Source of the DNA: an uncultured Candidatus Saccharibacteria bacterium
Lineage (GTDB): Bacteria > Patescibacteriota > UBA1384 > JAMDBS01 > CAZXAY01
Length of the DNA: 32,000 bases
Assembly (NCBI GenBank): GCA_964638435.1
Contig: CAZXAY010000003.1
Coordinates: 8,431-40,430 of the forward strand
Reading direction: 5' to 3'
In this document: positions 7,222-15,089 of the stretch, piece by piece
Layout: the number at the start of each line of letters is the position of its first letter
Position numbering within the stretch: the first letter of the stretch is position 1
Made by a program: the position numbers and the translations under genes
Notes under the pieces: generated by a model
What the model was told of the DNA's origin: nothing
Database searches by the model: none
What the model saw: only the letters and a program-made list of their open reading frames with translations

Positions 7222-8274
7222 CTACCTATTCATTATCCACTTTATAATATCCTGATAGGTTACCAGAGCCATTAAAATTAATAAAAAGATAAAACCAAGC
7301 CAGTGTAAAAAATTTTCTACTTCCGACTTAACAACCTTTTTACCACCAATTCCTTCGAGAACCAAAAATACTAATCTTCCTCCGTCAAGCGCTGGCAATG
7401 GCAAAATATTAAAAAATCCAATAACAATCGAAAGTAAGGCAATAAATCTTAAGACATACAACCAACCAAAACCCACTACTTGGTAAAGTAAAGCAAATAC
7501 TCCGATTGGCCCCGATACTGCCTCAGTAGGAGCCTTAACAGAAGTAAACACCGAACTAATCAATTTCCAAATAAATAATAAATTAAGCCAAATTACCGAA
7601 CCAATTTCTTTGATTGCCTCTATTGGCGCCGTATACCATGGACCCTTGTTAATTTTGCCACCAGTTTCCGCCATGGAAATACCCAGTGGAGCTGTTGCAT
7701 TATTACTTAGTGTAGCTTCTTTGACAATTTCCTTATTAAAACGCTTAATTTTAATTACTATTTTTTCGCCCGAATGCGCAATATTATATTTTGTTACATC
7801 TTCAGCACTAGAAAATACTTGATCATTAATATTGATGATAAAATCATTAGCTCTGATATCTACTAATTGCGCCGGATACCCTTTTTCTACTCCAGTTATT
7901 ACAATTTGATTGGGTAATTCGCTAGGTAAAACCCAAAACCAAATAGTCATTAAAACCCAAGCTAGTACTAGATTTAAAATCACTCCAAAAGTAACAATTT
8001 TGATACGATTCCAAACACTTGCATTAGAAAATGACTTTGGATGATTAATATGCTCTTCTTCGCCAAGCATAGCGCAATACCCACCAATTGGTATAGCATT
8101 AATTGCATAAGTAGTTTCTTTAATCTTCTTTTTCCAAATAGTTGGCTTAAAACCAAAAGCAAATTCCTGAACCTCCACTCCAGCACGCTTAGCCATTATA
8201 AAATGACCAAACTCATGCACCATCACAAGTAAGCCGATAGTAAAAAGAAAGATTATTATAGTAAGAATTAACAT
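7222..8274 (-). CDS. rseP: RIP metalloprotease RseP (site-2 protease, M50)
   Basis: HEFGHF (HExxH) in the first TM region, central PDZ-like segment, C-terminal FNILPLPALDGG motif. Confidence 0.88.
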   Translation of the reverse strand: MLILTIIIFLFTIGLLVMVHEFGHFIMAKRAGVEVQEFAFGFKPTIWKKKIKETTYAINAIPIGGYCAMLGEEEHINHPKSFSNASVWNRIKIVTFGVILNLVLAWVLMTIWFWVLPSELPNQIVITGVEKGYPAQLVDIRANDFIININDQVFSSAEDVTKYNIAHSGEKIVIKIKRFNKEIVKEATLSNNATAPLGISMAETGGKINKGPWYTAPIEAIKEIGSVIWLNLLFIWKLISSVFTSVKAPTEAVSGPIGVFALLYQVVGFGWLYVLRFIALLSIVIGFFNILPLPALDGGRLVFLVLEGIGGKKVVKSEVENFLHWLGFIFLLILMALVTYQDIIKWIMNR

Positions 8275-8383
8275 GATAAATATTTGTTATTTATTGTGAT
8301 TAATAGTTATACATGGTTATTCCTTGTAATTCATTAAATAACAATGAATAACGCAAAGCAAATAACTACAAATAACTCTTATT

Positions 8384-8941
8384 TTACACTTTCATCAACT
8401 CCGCGCTTTTTTTATCTGTTTCTTCTTCAATTTTACGATTAAAGTCATCAATAATTTTATTAAGCTCTTCTTCTGCTCGATAGCGATCATCTTCGGTTAA
8501 TTTGCTATCTTTTTCTAAAGCTTTTATTTGATTCCATGAATCTTGTCTAACATTCCTAAGCATTACTCTGGCCTCCTCCGCAACTACCTTAATATGTTTA
8601 ACTAATTCCTGGCGTCTTTCCTCGGTAAGTGGGGGTAAATTTATTACTACTGAGCTACCGTTGTTTACTGGGTTTAAACCTAATCCAGCATTTCTAACTG
8701 CTAACTCAATATCCCCTAAATTATTACGATCCCATGGTTGGATTGAGATAGTTTTCGCATCTGGGATAGATATGGTAGCCATTTGCCTAATAGGTGTTAA
8801 TGTCCCATAGTATTCTACTTTGATATCATCTACTAACGAACTATTAGCTTTACCAATTCTTAAATTTTTGAATTCACCCAGCATTTTGTCAATTACTAAC
8901 TGCATTTTTGGTTTAATACCACTAATGATAGATTGATACAT
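8384..8941 (-). CDS. frr: Ribosome recycling factor
   Basis: 185 aa, with the family pattern ...VEYYGTLTPIRQMATISIPDAKTISIQPWD... and a charged C-terminal helix. Conserved pyrH-frr synteny. Confidence 0.92.
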   Translation of the reverse strand: MYQSIISGIKPKMQLVIDKMLGEFKNLRIGKANSSLVDDIKVEYYGTLTPIRQMATISIPDAKTISIQPWDRNNLGDIELAVRNAGLGLNPVNNGSSVVINLPPLTEERRQELVKHIKVVAEEARVMLRNVRQDSWNQIKALEKDSKLTEDDRYRAEEELNKIIDDFNRKIEEETDKKSAELMKV

Positions 8942-8960
8942 AACAACCTCCAGTTGAACT

Positions 8961-9047
8961 AAAAACTTAAAACGTAAAACTCAAATGTTCATAAATTTTA
9001 ATTTTTAAGTTGTAATTTTTTAGATTTTAGTTTTTACTTTTAAGTTT
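8961..9047. repeat. AT-rich 'ttttagtttt/aaaactaaaa' word hairpin between pyrH and frr
   Basis: aaaaacttaaaacgtaaaactcaaa pairs with tttagattttagtttttacttttaagttt. Confidence 0.7.
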
Positions 9048-9756
9048 AATTTATGACTGTCCCTACATCTTCTCCCATTGCAGCTTTAACAATATTATCT
9101 CGCCCAAATATATTAAAAACCTTAATGGGTATGTGATTCTGTTGACAAATTTTAAATGCTTCTTGATCCATCACCTTTAAATTTTGGTCTATTGCCTCTT
9201 GATAAGATAGCCTATCATATTTCTTTGCATTTTTATTAATCATTGGATCAGCACTATAAACTCCATCGACTTTAGTACCCTTTAATATCATATCACAATT
9301 TAACTCATGTGCTAAATTTGCACTGATAGTGTCTGTAGAAAACCTGGGTTTCCCCATTGCTACAGAAATTATGATTTTATTATCTTTTAAATCTTTGTTC
9401 GTTTTATCTAAATCAAACTTTTCAATTATTTCTTGGTATGAATAAAATGAAACAATCTGTGATTTTTTATTAAATCGATTTTCTAACGCATATTTTAAAA
9501 CTATTCCATTTAAAATAGTAGCATTCAGCCCTATCCAATCTGCTTCTTCTTGCTTTAAGAATGAAAGCTTATTTTCTCTGCCACGATAAATGTTTCCTCC
9601 ACCAACTACTACAATAATTTCTATCCCTTTATTGCTTATTTGCGTAATTTCTTGTGCATAGTTTAAAATCTTCCTATCATCAAAAAATTCACTCTTATCA
9701 CTTGAGGCAAACACCTCTCCTGAGAGTTTAAATAAAATTCTTTTTGATTTATCCAT
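9046..9756 (-). CDS. pyrH: UMP kinase
   Basis: ILFKLSGEV and VVGGGNIYRG amino-acid-kinase motifs, correct size, synteny with tsf and frr. Confidence 0.9.
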   Translation of the reverse strand: MDKSKRILFKLSGEVFASSDKSEFFDDRKILNYAQEITQISNKGIEIIVVVGGGNIYRGRENKLSFLKQEEADWIGLNATILNGIVLKYALENRFNKKSQIVSFYSYQEIIEKFDLDKTNKDLKDNKIIISVAMGKPRFSTDTISANLAHELNCDMILKGTKVDGVYSADPMINKNAKKYDRLSYQEAIDQNLKVMDQEAFKICQQNHIPIKVFNIFGRDNIVKAAMGEDVGTVIN

Positions 9757-9774
9757 TAATTCTCCAGTAAAAAT

Positions 9775-9805
9775 AAAATCTGCTAATTTAATGTTAGCAG
9801 ATTTT
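9775..9805 (-). terminator. Rho-independent-like terminator after the tsf/114-aa unit
   Basis: Stem aaaatctgctaa / ttagcagatttt with a 7-nt loop. The minus-strand transcript has a following T-run (ttttatttttac). Sits just downstream of the stop at 9827. Confidence 0.6.
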
Positions 9806-9826
9806 ATTTATTAGAACAAGATAATA

Positions 9827-10171
9827 TTATTCTTTAATCAGATTTTTAGATTCTTCTAATACCTTTTCCCAATCACTCATTATTAATCCAAATCTTTCTT
9901 GTCCGAATTCTCTTATCTTGATATCTAATTCTCTAGATTTTTCTTCAAACCATTTTTTTTGAAAAAAACCCAAATTAAAATCATTAATTCCCTCTAATTC
10001 CCTAGCGAGAAATACAAGCTTTACATCATCTAAATCATTAGGATCTTTTAAATCATACCCTAATTCTTCGGCCACTTTCTGTTCCCTTGGAGTCATAGTG
10101 TTAATAAATAGTTGTTCTTCTGACAACTCGAGATTTGCAATTGATCCTTCGATACTTGGTTTATTCTCCAT
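9827..10171 (-). CDS. Acidic hypothetical protein (114 aa) inside the rpsB-tsf-pyrH cluster
   Basis: ORF with GGAGG-like upstream sequence, 14 nt downstream of tsf. No motif recognised. Confidence 0.5.
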   Translation of the reverse strand: MENKPSIEGSIANLELSEEQLFINTMTPREQKVAEELGYDLKDPNDLDDVKLVFLARELEGINDFNLGFFQKKWFEEKSRELDIKIREFGQERFGLIMSDWEKVLEESKNLIKE

Positions 10172-10185
10172 TTTTACCTCCCTAT

Positions 10186-10776
10186 TTACTTAATTTGGTA
10201 TCTAGCAAATTTTGCAACAACGATATTTTCACCAATTTTTTGGATCGCAGATTGAATCAATTCTTCTATAGTTTGATCTTGATCTTTAATATATGGTTGG
10301 TTTAACAAACAAACTTCTTCATAAAATTTAGCAAGCTTACCTTCAACAATTTTATCAACTATATTAGAGGGTTTTCCTTCAGCTGATGCTTGTTCTTTAT
10401 ATATCTCTTTTTCTTTATCAATAACTTCCTGAGATATATCTTTTGCTGATACATAAAGTGGAGCACTTGCTGCAATATGCAAACAAATGTCGTGTGCTAA
10501 GACTTGAAATTGCTCGTTTTTAGCTACAAAATCTGTTTCACAATTTAATTCTAAAAGCACGCCAACTTTACCGCCGGCATGAATATAACTTGTAATTATA
10601 CCTTGATTGGCAGATCTATCAGCTTTTTTAGCTGCTTTAATCGCGCCTTGTTTGCGTAATAATTCTTCGGCTTTATTAATATCACCACCTGCTTCTTCAA
10701 GCGCTTTTTTGCAATCCATCATACCTACGCCAGTTTTTTCTCTTAGTTCTTGAATATCTTTAGTTGTGATAGACAT
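10186..10776 (-). CDS. tsf: Elongation factor Ts (short form)
   Basis: N-terminal UBA-like TKDIQELREKTGVGMMDCKKALEEAGGDINKAEELLRKQG, then LLELNCETDFVAKN. Confidence 0.92.
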   Translation of the reverse strand: MSITTKDIQELREKTGVGMMDCKKALEEAGGDINKAEELLRKQGAIKAAKKADRSANQGIITSYIHAGGKVGVLLELNCETDFVAKNEQFQVLAHDICLHIAASAPLYVSAKDISQEVIDKEKEIYKEQASAEGKPSNIVDKIVEGKLAKFYEEVCLLNQPYIKDQDQTIEELIQSAIQKIGENIVVAKFARYQIK

Positions 10777-10976
10777 ATAACCTCCTTAAATTATCTAATT
10801 TCTAATTGACCTAATTGCACTAAATAAATTCCAAATCCCAAGCACCAAATTACAAATAATTTTTAAAATATCAATTATCAAATTCTTAATAAGAAAAAAT
10901 ATTTGTCCCAGTTTTAATCATTGTAATTTAAGTAATTATAATTTATTTGAGATCTGTTATTTGAAATTTAATATAA

Positions 10977-11135
10977 TAGACTTGTTACGTAATAATTTTT
11001 GTAGCGAAAGCTAAGGATTTTGAGTGAAAATAATGAAGAGTGAGCAAGTTGTAACAGAGTTACACTGACGAACTATGAATTATTTTTTAACCAAAATTCT
11101 TAGTTTGCAGTAAAAATGTTATTTCGTAATAAGTC
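10977..11135. mobile_element. MITE-like element, copy A (159 bp), in the rpsB-tsf spacer
   Basis: About 95% identical to 19726-19914 apart from a 30-nt insertion in that copy. Imperfect terminal inverted repeats tagacttgttacgtaataa... / ...ttatttcgtaataagtc(ta). Flanked by TAA/TAA (10974-10976, 11136-11138). Confidence 0.8.
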
Positions 11136-11146
11136 TAAGGTTATAT

Positions 11147-11899
11147 TTATTCTTCAGATTTTTCTGTTTTAGTATCTTTTTTATCTTCAACTACTTTATC
11201 AGATTTTTTTTCTAAATCTTTTTTCGCTCCAACTATAGTTTCTGCGATTAAATTCATAACTATTTCTACTGAAGATTTAGCATCATCATTAGCTGGGATA
11301 AACCAATCAACTTTGTTTGGGTTGGCATCAGTATCACAAACTGCAACTATCGGAATATGTTTCTTTTTTGCTTCACTGACGGCATTATGCTCTTTAACAG
11401 GATCAATAATTAATAGATAATCAGGTAATTCCTTCATTTTTCTAATACCATCGTAAATCTCTTTTTGTTTATTAACTTCTTTATCGAGTAGTGTTCGTTC
11501 TTTTTTAGTTAAGTCAGAACTCTCATCAGCTATCTTTGCCTCTGAATCTTCTAAATATTTTATGCCCTTACGAATGGTTTCAAAATTGGTAAGAATTCCT
11601 CCTAACCATCTTTGAGCAATATATGGCATTTCACTCTTAACAGCTGCATCTTTTACAGATTGTTTAATTTGTTTTTTTGTCCCAACAAATAAAAATACTT
11701 TGCCTATTTTTACTTCTCTTACAATAAATTCTAAAACAAGCTTTAAGAATTCTTGAGTTTTAGTTAAATCAATTACATTAACACCATCACGTAATCCAAA
11801 AATATACTCTTTGGCCTTAGGATGTGAGTGCTCTTTTTTATGACCAAAATGCATACCTGCTAAAAACATTTCTTTAATTTCGGGGATTTTTACTGACAT
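11147..11899 (-). CDS. rpsB: 30S ribosomal protein S2
   Basis: MHFGHKKEHSHPKAKEYIFG..., QRWLGGILTNF, acidic/lysine-rich C-terminal tail. Confidence 0.95.
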   Translation of the reverse strand: MSVKIPEIKEMFLAGMHFGHKKEHSHPKAKEYIFGLRDGVNVIDLTKTQEFLKLVLEFIVREVKIGKVFLFVGTKKQIKQSVKDAAVKSEMPYIAQRWLGGILTNFETIRKGIKYLEDSEAKIADESSDLTKKERTLLDKEVNKQKEIYDGIRKMKELPDYLLIIDPVKEHNAVSEAKKKHIPIVAVCDTDANPNKVDWFIPANDDAKSSVEIVMNLIAETIVGAKKDLEKKSDKVVEDKKDTKTEKSEE

Positions 11900-11912
11900 C
11901 TTATAATCCTTA

Positions 11913-11993
11913 TTGTGTTAATCTTCACCAATCTTTTTGCACGAATTTCACGAAATATTAGTGATATTAGTGTAATGATATTAGTGGAGTTTA
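11913..11993. repeat. About 85-bp hairpin element, copy 2 (same family as 7104-7189)
   Basis: ttgtgttaatcttcaccaatc ... atattagtggagttta. Lies between the rpmE stop and the rpsB start. Confidence 0.8.
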
Positions 11994-12212
11994 TTACTTA
12001 TTCAATACTTTTGCTTTTTCAAGTCTTGCCTTAAATTTATCAACTCTTCCAGCAGTGTCAATTAATTTTTGTGTACCTGTATAAAATGGGTGGCATGCCG
12101 AGCAGATTTCTACATAAATACTCTCTTGGGTTGATCCTAACTCAAAGTTATTGCCACAGCTACAAGTTATTTTTGATTTTGGATAATATTTTGGGTGAAT
12201 ATCTTTCTTCAT
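11994..12212 (-). CDS. rpmE: 50S ribosomal protein L31
   Basis: [15 protein letters not shown]...[10 protein letters not shown] zinc motif, 72 aa. Confidence 0.93.
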   Translation of the reverse strand: MKKDIHPKYYPKSKITCSCGNNFELGSTQESIYVEICSACHPFYTGTQKLIDTAGRVDKFKARLEKAKVLNK

Positions 12213-12374
12213 AATAAATCTCCGATAAATCTAATTAATTTACAAATATACAAATTAAAAAATATTAGAATTTTCTCAATTCACAATTCTCGATTCACAA
12301 TTCATAATTTAATATACACTAATTATTATATTCTTGCAAGTACCCGTCGTTTTTGATATAATATGCCTAAACTA

Positions 12375-12448
12375 CCTACGAAATACGAAAGTAGCAAAAT
12401 ACTAAAATATATATTATTTCGTATTTAGTTTATTTAGTATTTAGTAGG
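12375..12448. repeat. AT-rich hairpin of the 'cctacgaaatac' word family, directly upstream of prfA
   Basis: cctacgaaatacgaaagtagcaaaatactaaaata pairs with tattatttcgtatttagtttatttagtatttagtagg. Related to 4651-4740. Confidence 0.75.
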
Positions 12449-12454
12449 AACTTT

Positions 12455-13351
12455 ATGACTAAAGAAGAAATATTTACTCAGCTTAAAGAAACCAAAAATT
12501 TGCTTAAAACCACTACTGATCCTGATTTAATGCAAATGGCCCAAGAAGAGATCTCACGTCTCAAGATTTTATTGTTGCCAAAAGATACCAACGACAATCG
12601 TAATATTATTTTAGAAATCCGCGCTGGAGCAGGTGGAGACGAGGCAGAGCTTTTTGCGAGCCAGCTTTTTAGGATGTATCAAAAATATGCAGAGATTAAG
12701 GGTTGGAAAACAACACTACTCGACTCAAATATCTCGAGCCTAGGAGGAATAAAGTCATTAGTAGCAGAAATCTCTGGTGAAAATGTTTTTAAGTTTTTAA
12801 AATACGAATCTGGGGTCCATCGTGTTCAACGAGTCCCAGAAACCGAAAAATCTGGTAGGTTACACACTTCTACTGCCACTGTAGCAGTACTCCCTGTTGC
12901 CCAAGAAGTAGATCTTCAAATTAATCCCGGTGATTTAAGAATTGATACATTTTGTTCAGGCGGTCATGGTGGTCAATCTGTTAATACTACTTACTCAGCC
13001 GTTAGAATAACTCATATACCCACAAATACCGTAGTTCAATGTCAAGACGAGCGATCACAAATCAAAAATAAAGAAAAAGCTATGAGTGTGCTTCGATCAA
13101 GGTTATTGGAGAAAAAACAAGAAGATGAGCATAAATCTCGTGGCGACGCTAGACGTAATCAAATTGGTACCGGAGATCGGTCAGAAAAAATAAGAACTTA
13201 TAACTTTCCACAAGATCGCATCACCGACCATCGCATTCAAAAATCTTGGGGTAATATCGAAGCTATTATAGATGGTAATATACAAAAAATCCCTTTGTCT
13301 CTTATTGAAGAAGACCAAAAACGTCAGCTAGAAGAAATAATGTCTAATTAA
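12455..13351 (+). CDS. prfA: Peptide chain release factor 1 (N-terminally short)
   Basis: GGQ loop [28 protein letters not shown] carries an RF1-type PxT tripeptide (PET), not the RF2 SPF. It is the only convincing plus-strand gene. Confidence 0.87.
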   Translation: MTKEEIFTQLKETKNLLKTTTDPDLMQMAQEEISRLKILLLPKDTNDNRNIILEIRAGAGGDEAELFASQLFRMYQKYAEIKGWKTTLLDSNISSLGGIKSLVAEISGENVFKFLKYESGVHRVQRVPETEKSGRLHTSTATVAVLPVAQEVDLQINPGDLRIDTFCSGGHGGQSVNTTYSAVRITHIPTNTVVQCQDERSQIKNKEKAMSVLRSRLLEKKQEDEHKSRGDARRNQIGTGDRSEKIRTYNFPQDRITDHRIQKSWGNIEAIIDGNIQKIPLSLIEEDQKRQLEEIMSN

Positions 13352-13385
13352 AATATCGCTAATTAATAGCTAATTATTAGTGTTG

Positions 13386-14594
13386 TTATTCCATCTCCGC
13401 CAATGTTAAATCAACTTTCATCTCTTTACCTTTTCTCAGCAAAGTTAACCCGACTTTATCACCTACATTATATTTTTGTAATATTTGCAGTAATGTTTGC
13501 TTCTCGGTTATATTATCACCATTAATAGCAGTAATTATGTCATTTTCTACAATCCCAGCTTTGTCAGCTGGACTACCAGGCACAACTGCCACATCACTTC
13601 TACTAGTCCCACGCAAGACCCATATACCATAATCAACCGAAAGTTGATTAGCTTTAGCAATTTCTTTAGTAATAGGCACGTAACGAACTCCCATCATTGG
13701 CCGACTAATTTTACCTGATTTTTTAATACTGTCAATTGCTTTTTTTGCAGAATTTATTGGAATAGCAAAGCCGATATTTTGGGCATTTCCTGCTACAGCA
13801 GTATTTATTCCGATTACTTGTCCCTTAATATTGATAAGTGGTCCACCAGAATTACCAGAATTAATAGCAGTATCAGTTTGCAGCAGTCCTGCCAAATTTT
13901 CTGTTAGACCACTGCCACCAGTAGCCGTAATCTGTCTTTCGGTTGCAGAAATTACTCCAACTGTTACAGTGTTAGAAAATTCACCCAACGCATTACCTAT
14001 AGCCACAACCCATTGGCCGATTTCGATATTATCTGAATCGCCCAGTTCCACAGTTGGTAATCCGCTTGCCTCAATCTTAATAACTGCTAAATCATTAAAA
14101 GCGTCTTTAGCAATAATCTTTGCCAAGTAATCTTTGCCATCAGATGTAAATACAGTGTAGGTAGCACTATCACTTTCTACAACGTGTTTATTAGTAACAA
14201 TCATACCATCATTTGTAATAATGAATCCTGTTCCACCACCTTTTTCCTCAATAGTTCGCCCAAAAAAATCAGTTACATTATCACTGGTTGAGATCGAAAC
14301 TACGGCAGGAGATACTTTTTTAACGCTATCTATTATTGCGGATGATTCTTCTAATACTACCTTTTCAGTCTTGGTAGTATTAATGTTTAAATCTTTTAAT
14401 CCAAGATTATCGCGAATACTCTCATTGGTAGTAAGAAGTATGGTTGAACCAACTCCACCTACTATACCCATTAAAAAGGCAAAAAACAAAAAGAAAACAA
14501 TAAATAATGCACCTTTTTTACCACGTTTATGTTTTTTATCAAACTCTGGTATATCACCATTTTCGTCGGCATAAATAATTTTTGGTTCACTCAT
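13386..14594 (-). CDS. HtrA/DegP-family serine protease with N-terminal TM anchor and C-terminal PDZ
   Basis: Triad contexts TNKHVV, DLAVIKI and GNSGGPL. PDZ-like C-terminus (GSPADKAGIVENDIITAING). Confidence 0.88.
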   Translation of the reverse strand: MSEPKIIYADENGDIPEFDKKHKRGKKGALFIVFFLFFAFLMGIVGGVGSTILLTTNESIRDNLGLKDLNINTTKTEKVVLEESSAIIDSVKKVSPAVVSISTSDNVTDFFGRTIEEKGGGTGFIITNDGMIVTNKHVVESDSATYTVFTSDGKDYLAKIIAKDAFNDLAVIKIEASGLPTVELGDSDNIEIGQWVVAIGNALGEFSNTVTVGVISATERQITATGGSGLTENLAGLLQTDTAINSGNSGGPLINIKGQVIGINTAVAGNAQNIGFAIPINSAKKAIDSIKKSGKISRPMMGVRYVPITKEIAKANQLSVDYGIWVLRGTSRSDVAVVPGSPADKAGIVENDIITAINGDNITEKQTLLQILQKYNVGDKVGLTLLRKGKEMKVDLTLAEME

Positions 14595-14793
14595 AAAATA
14601 TCTCCTCCCAGTATATCAACTTTTAGTAATAATCTACTAATGTTTATAATTTGTTAAGCTATTTTATATGATTATATTGTTTAACTTTTTAACCGTTTGT
14701 ATAACCTATTAGATTATTATAAACATTCTAAAAGTTGTATTACTTGGTCCTTAATTTATTTTAACTTATCAATAATTACTACAATTATAATAA

Positions 14794-15057
14794 TTATTTT
14801 ATTTCATCCTTAGGACCTTCTAGTTTTTTGGCAACTGAATTTATTTGCATAATAGCTAAAATTGCTATTACAGTTACTATAAATGCATAAATTAGTTGAG
14901 ATTTTAGTCCATCTCCAGCACTAAAATAACGCTTAATAATACCTTGGATAGCCTCATTCCAGGCAAGACCAGCTACAAAAGTAAAAGCCCCAGCAATCAG
15001 TGTTGCAAAACGTTCAAAAAACTCTTTTCTTAATTCTTTAGGAATTTTTGCTGGCAT
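14794..15057 (-). CDS. Small two-TM membrane protein (LAWNEAI motif)
   Basis: 87-aa ORF with GGAG upstream. Resembles a small DUF family common in CPR and archaea; I am not certain of the Pfam name. Confidence 0.5.
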   Translation of the reverse strand: MPAKIPKELRKEFFERFATLIAGAFTFVAGLAWNEAIQGIIKRYFSAGDGLKSQLIYAFIVTVIAILAIMQINSVAKKLEGPKDEIK

Positions 15058-15089
15058 ATGACTCCTTAATAAATTTTTAACTTTTAATT

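Noticed and set aside
13497-14574. Three plus-strand ORFs (13497..13718, 13831..14130, 14221..14574) opposite the htrA-like gene. The same applies to 3875..4129, 5275..5460, 7610..8232, 15693..16605, 18330..18743, 19489..19716, 20597..20803, 21391..21624, 29423..29782 and 31388..31630.
   Set aside because: All are antisense or shadow ORFs within genes that have strong family motifs on the other strand. None has an RBS or recognisable motifs.
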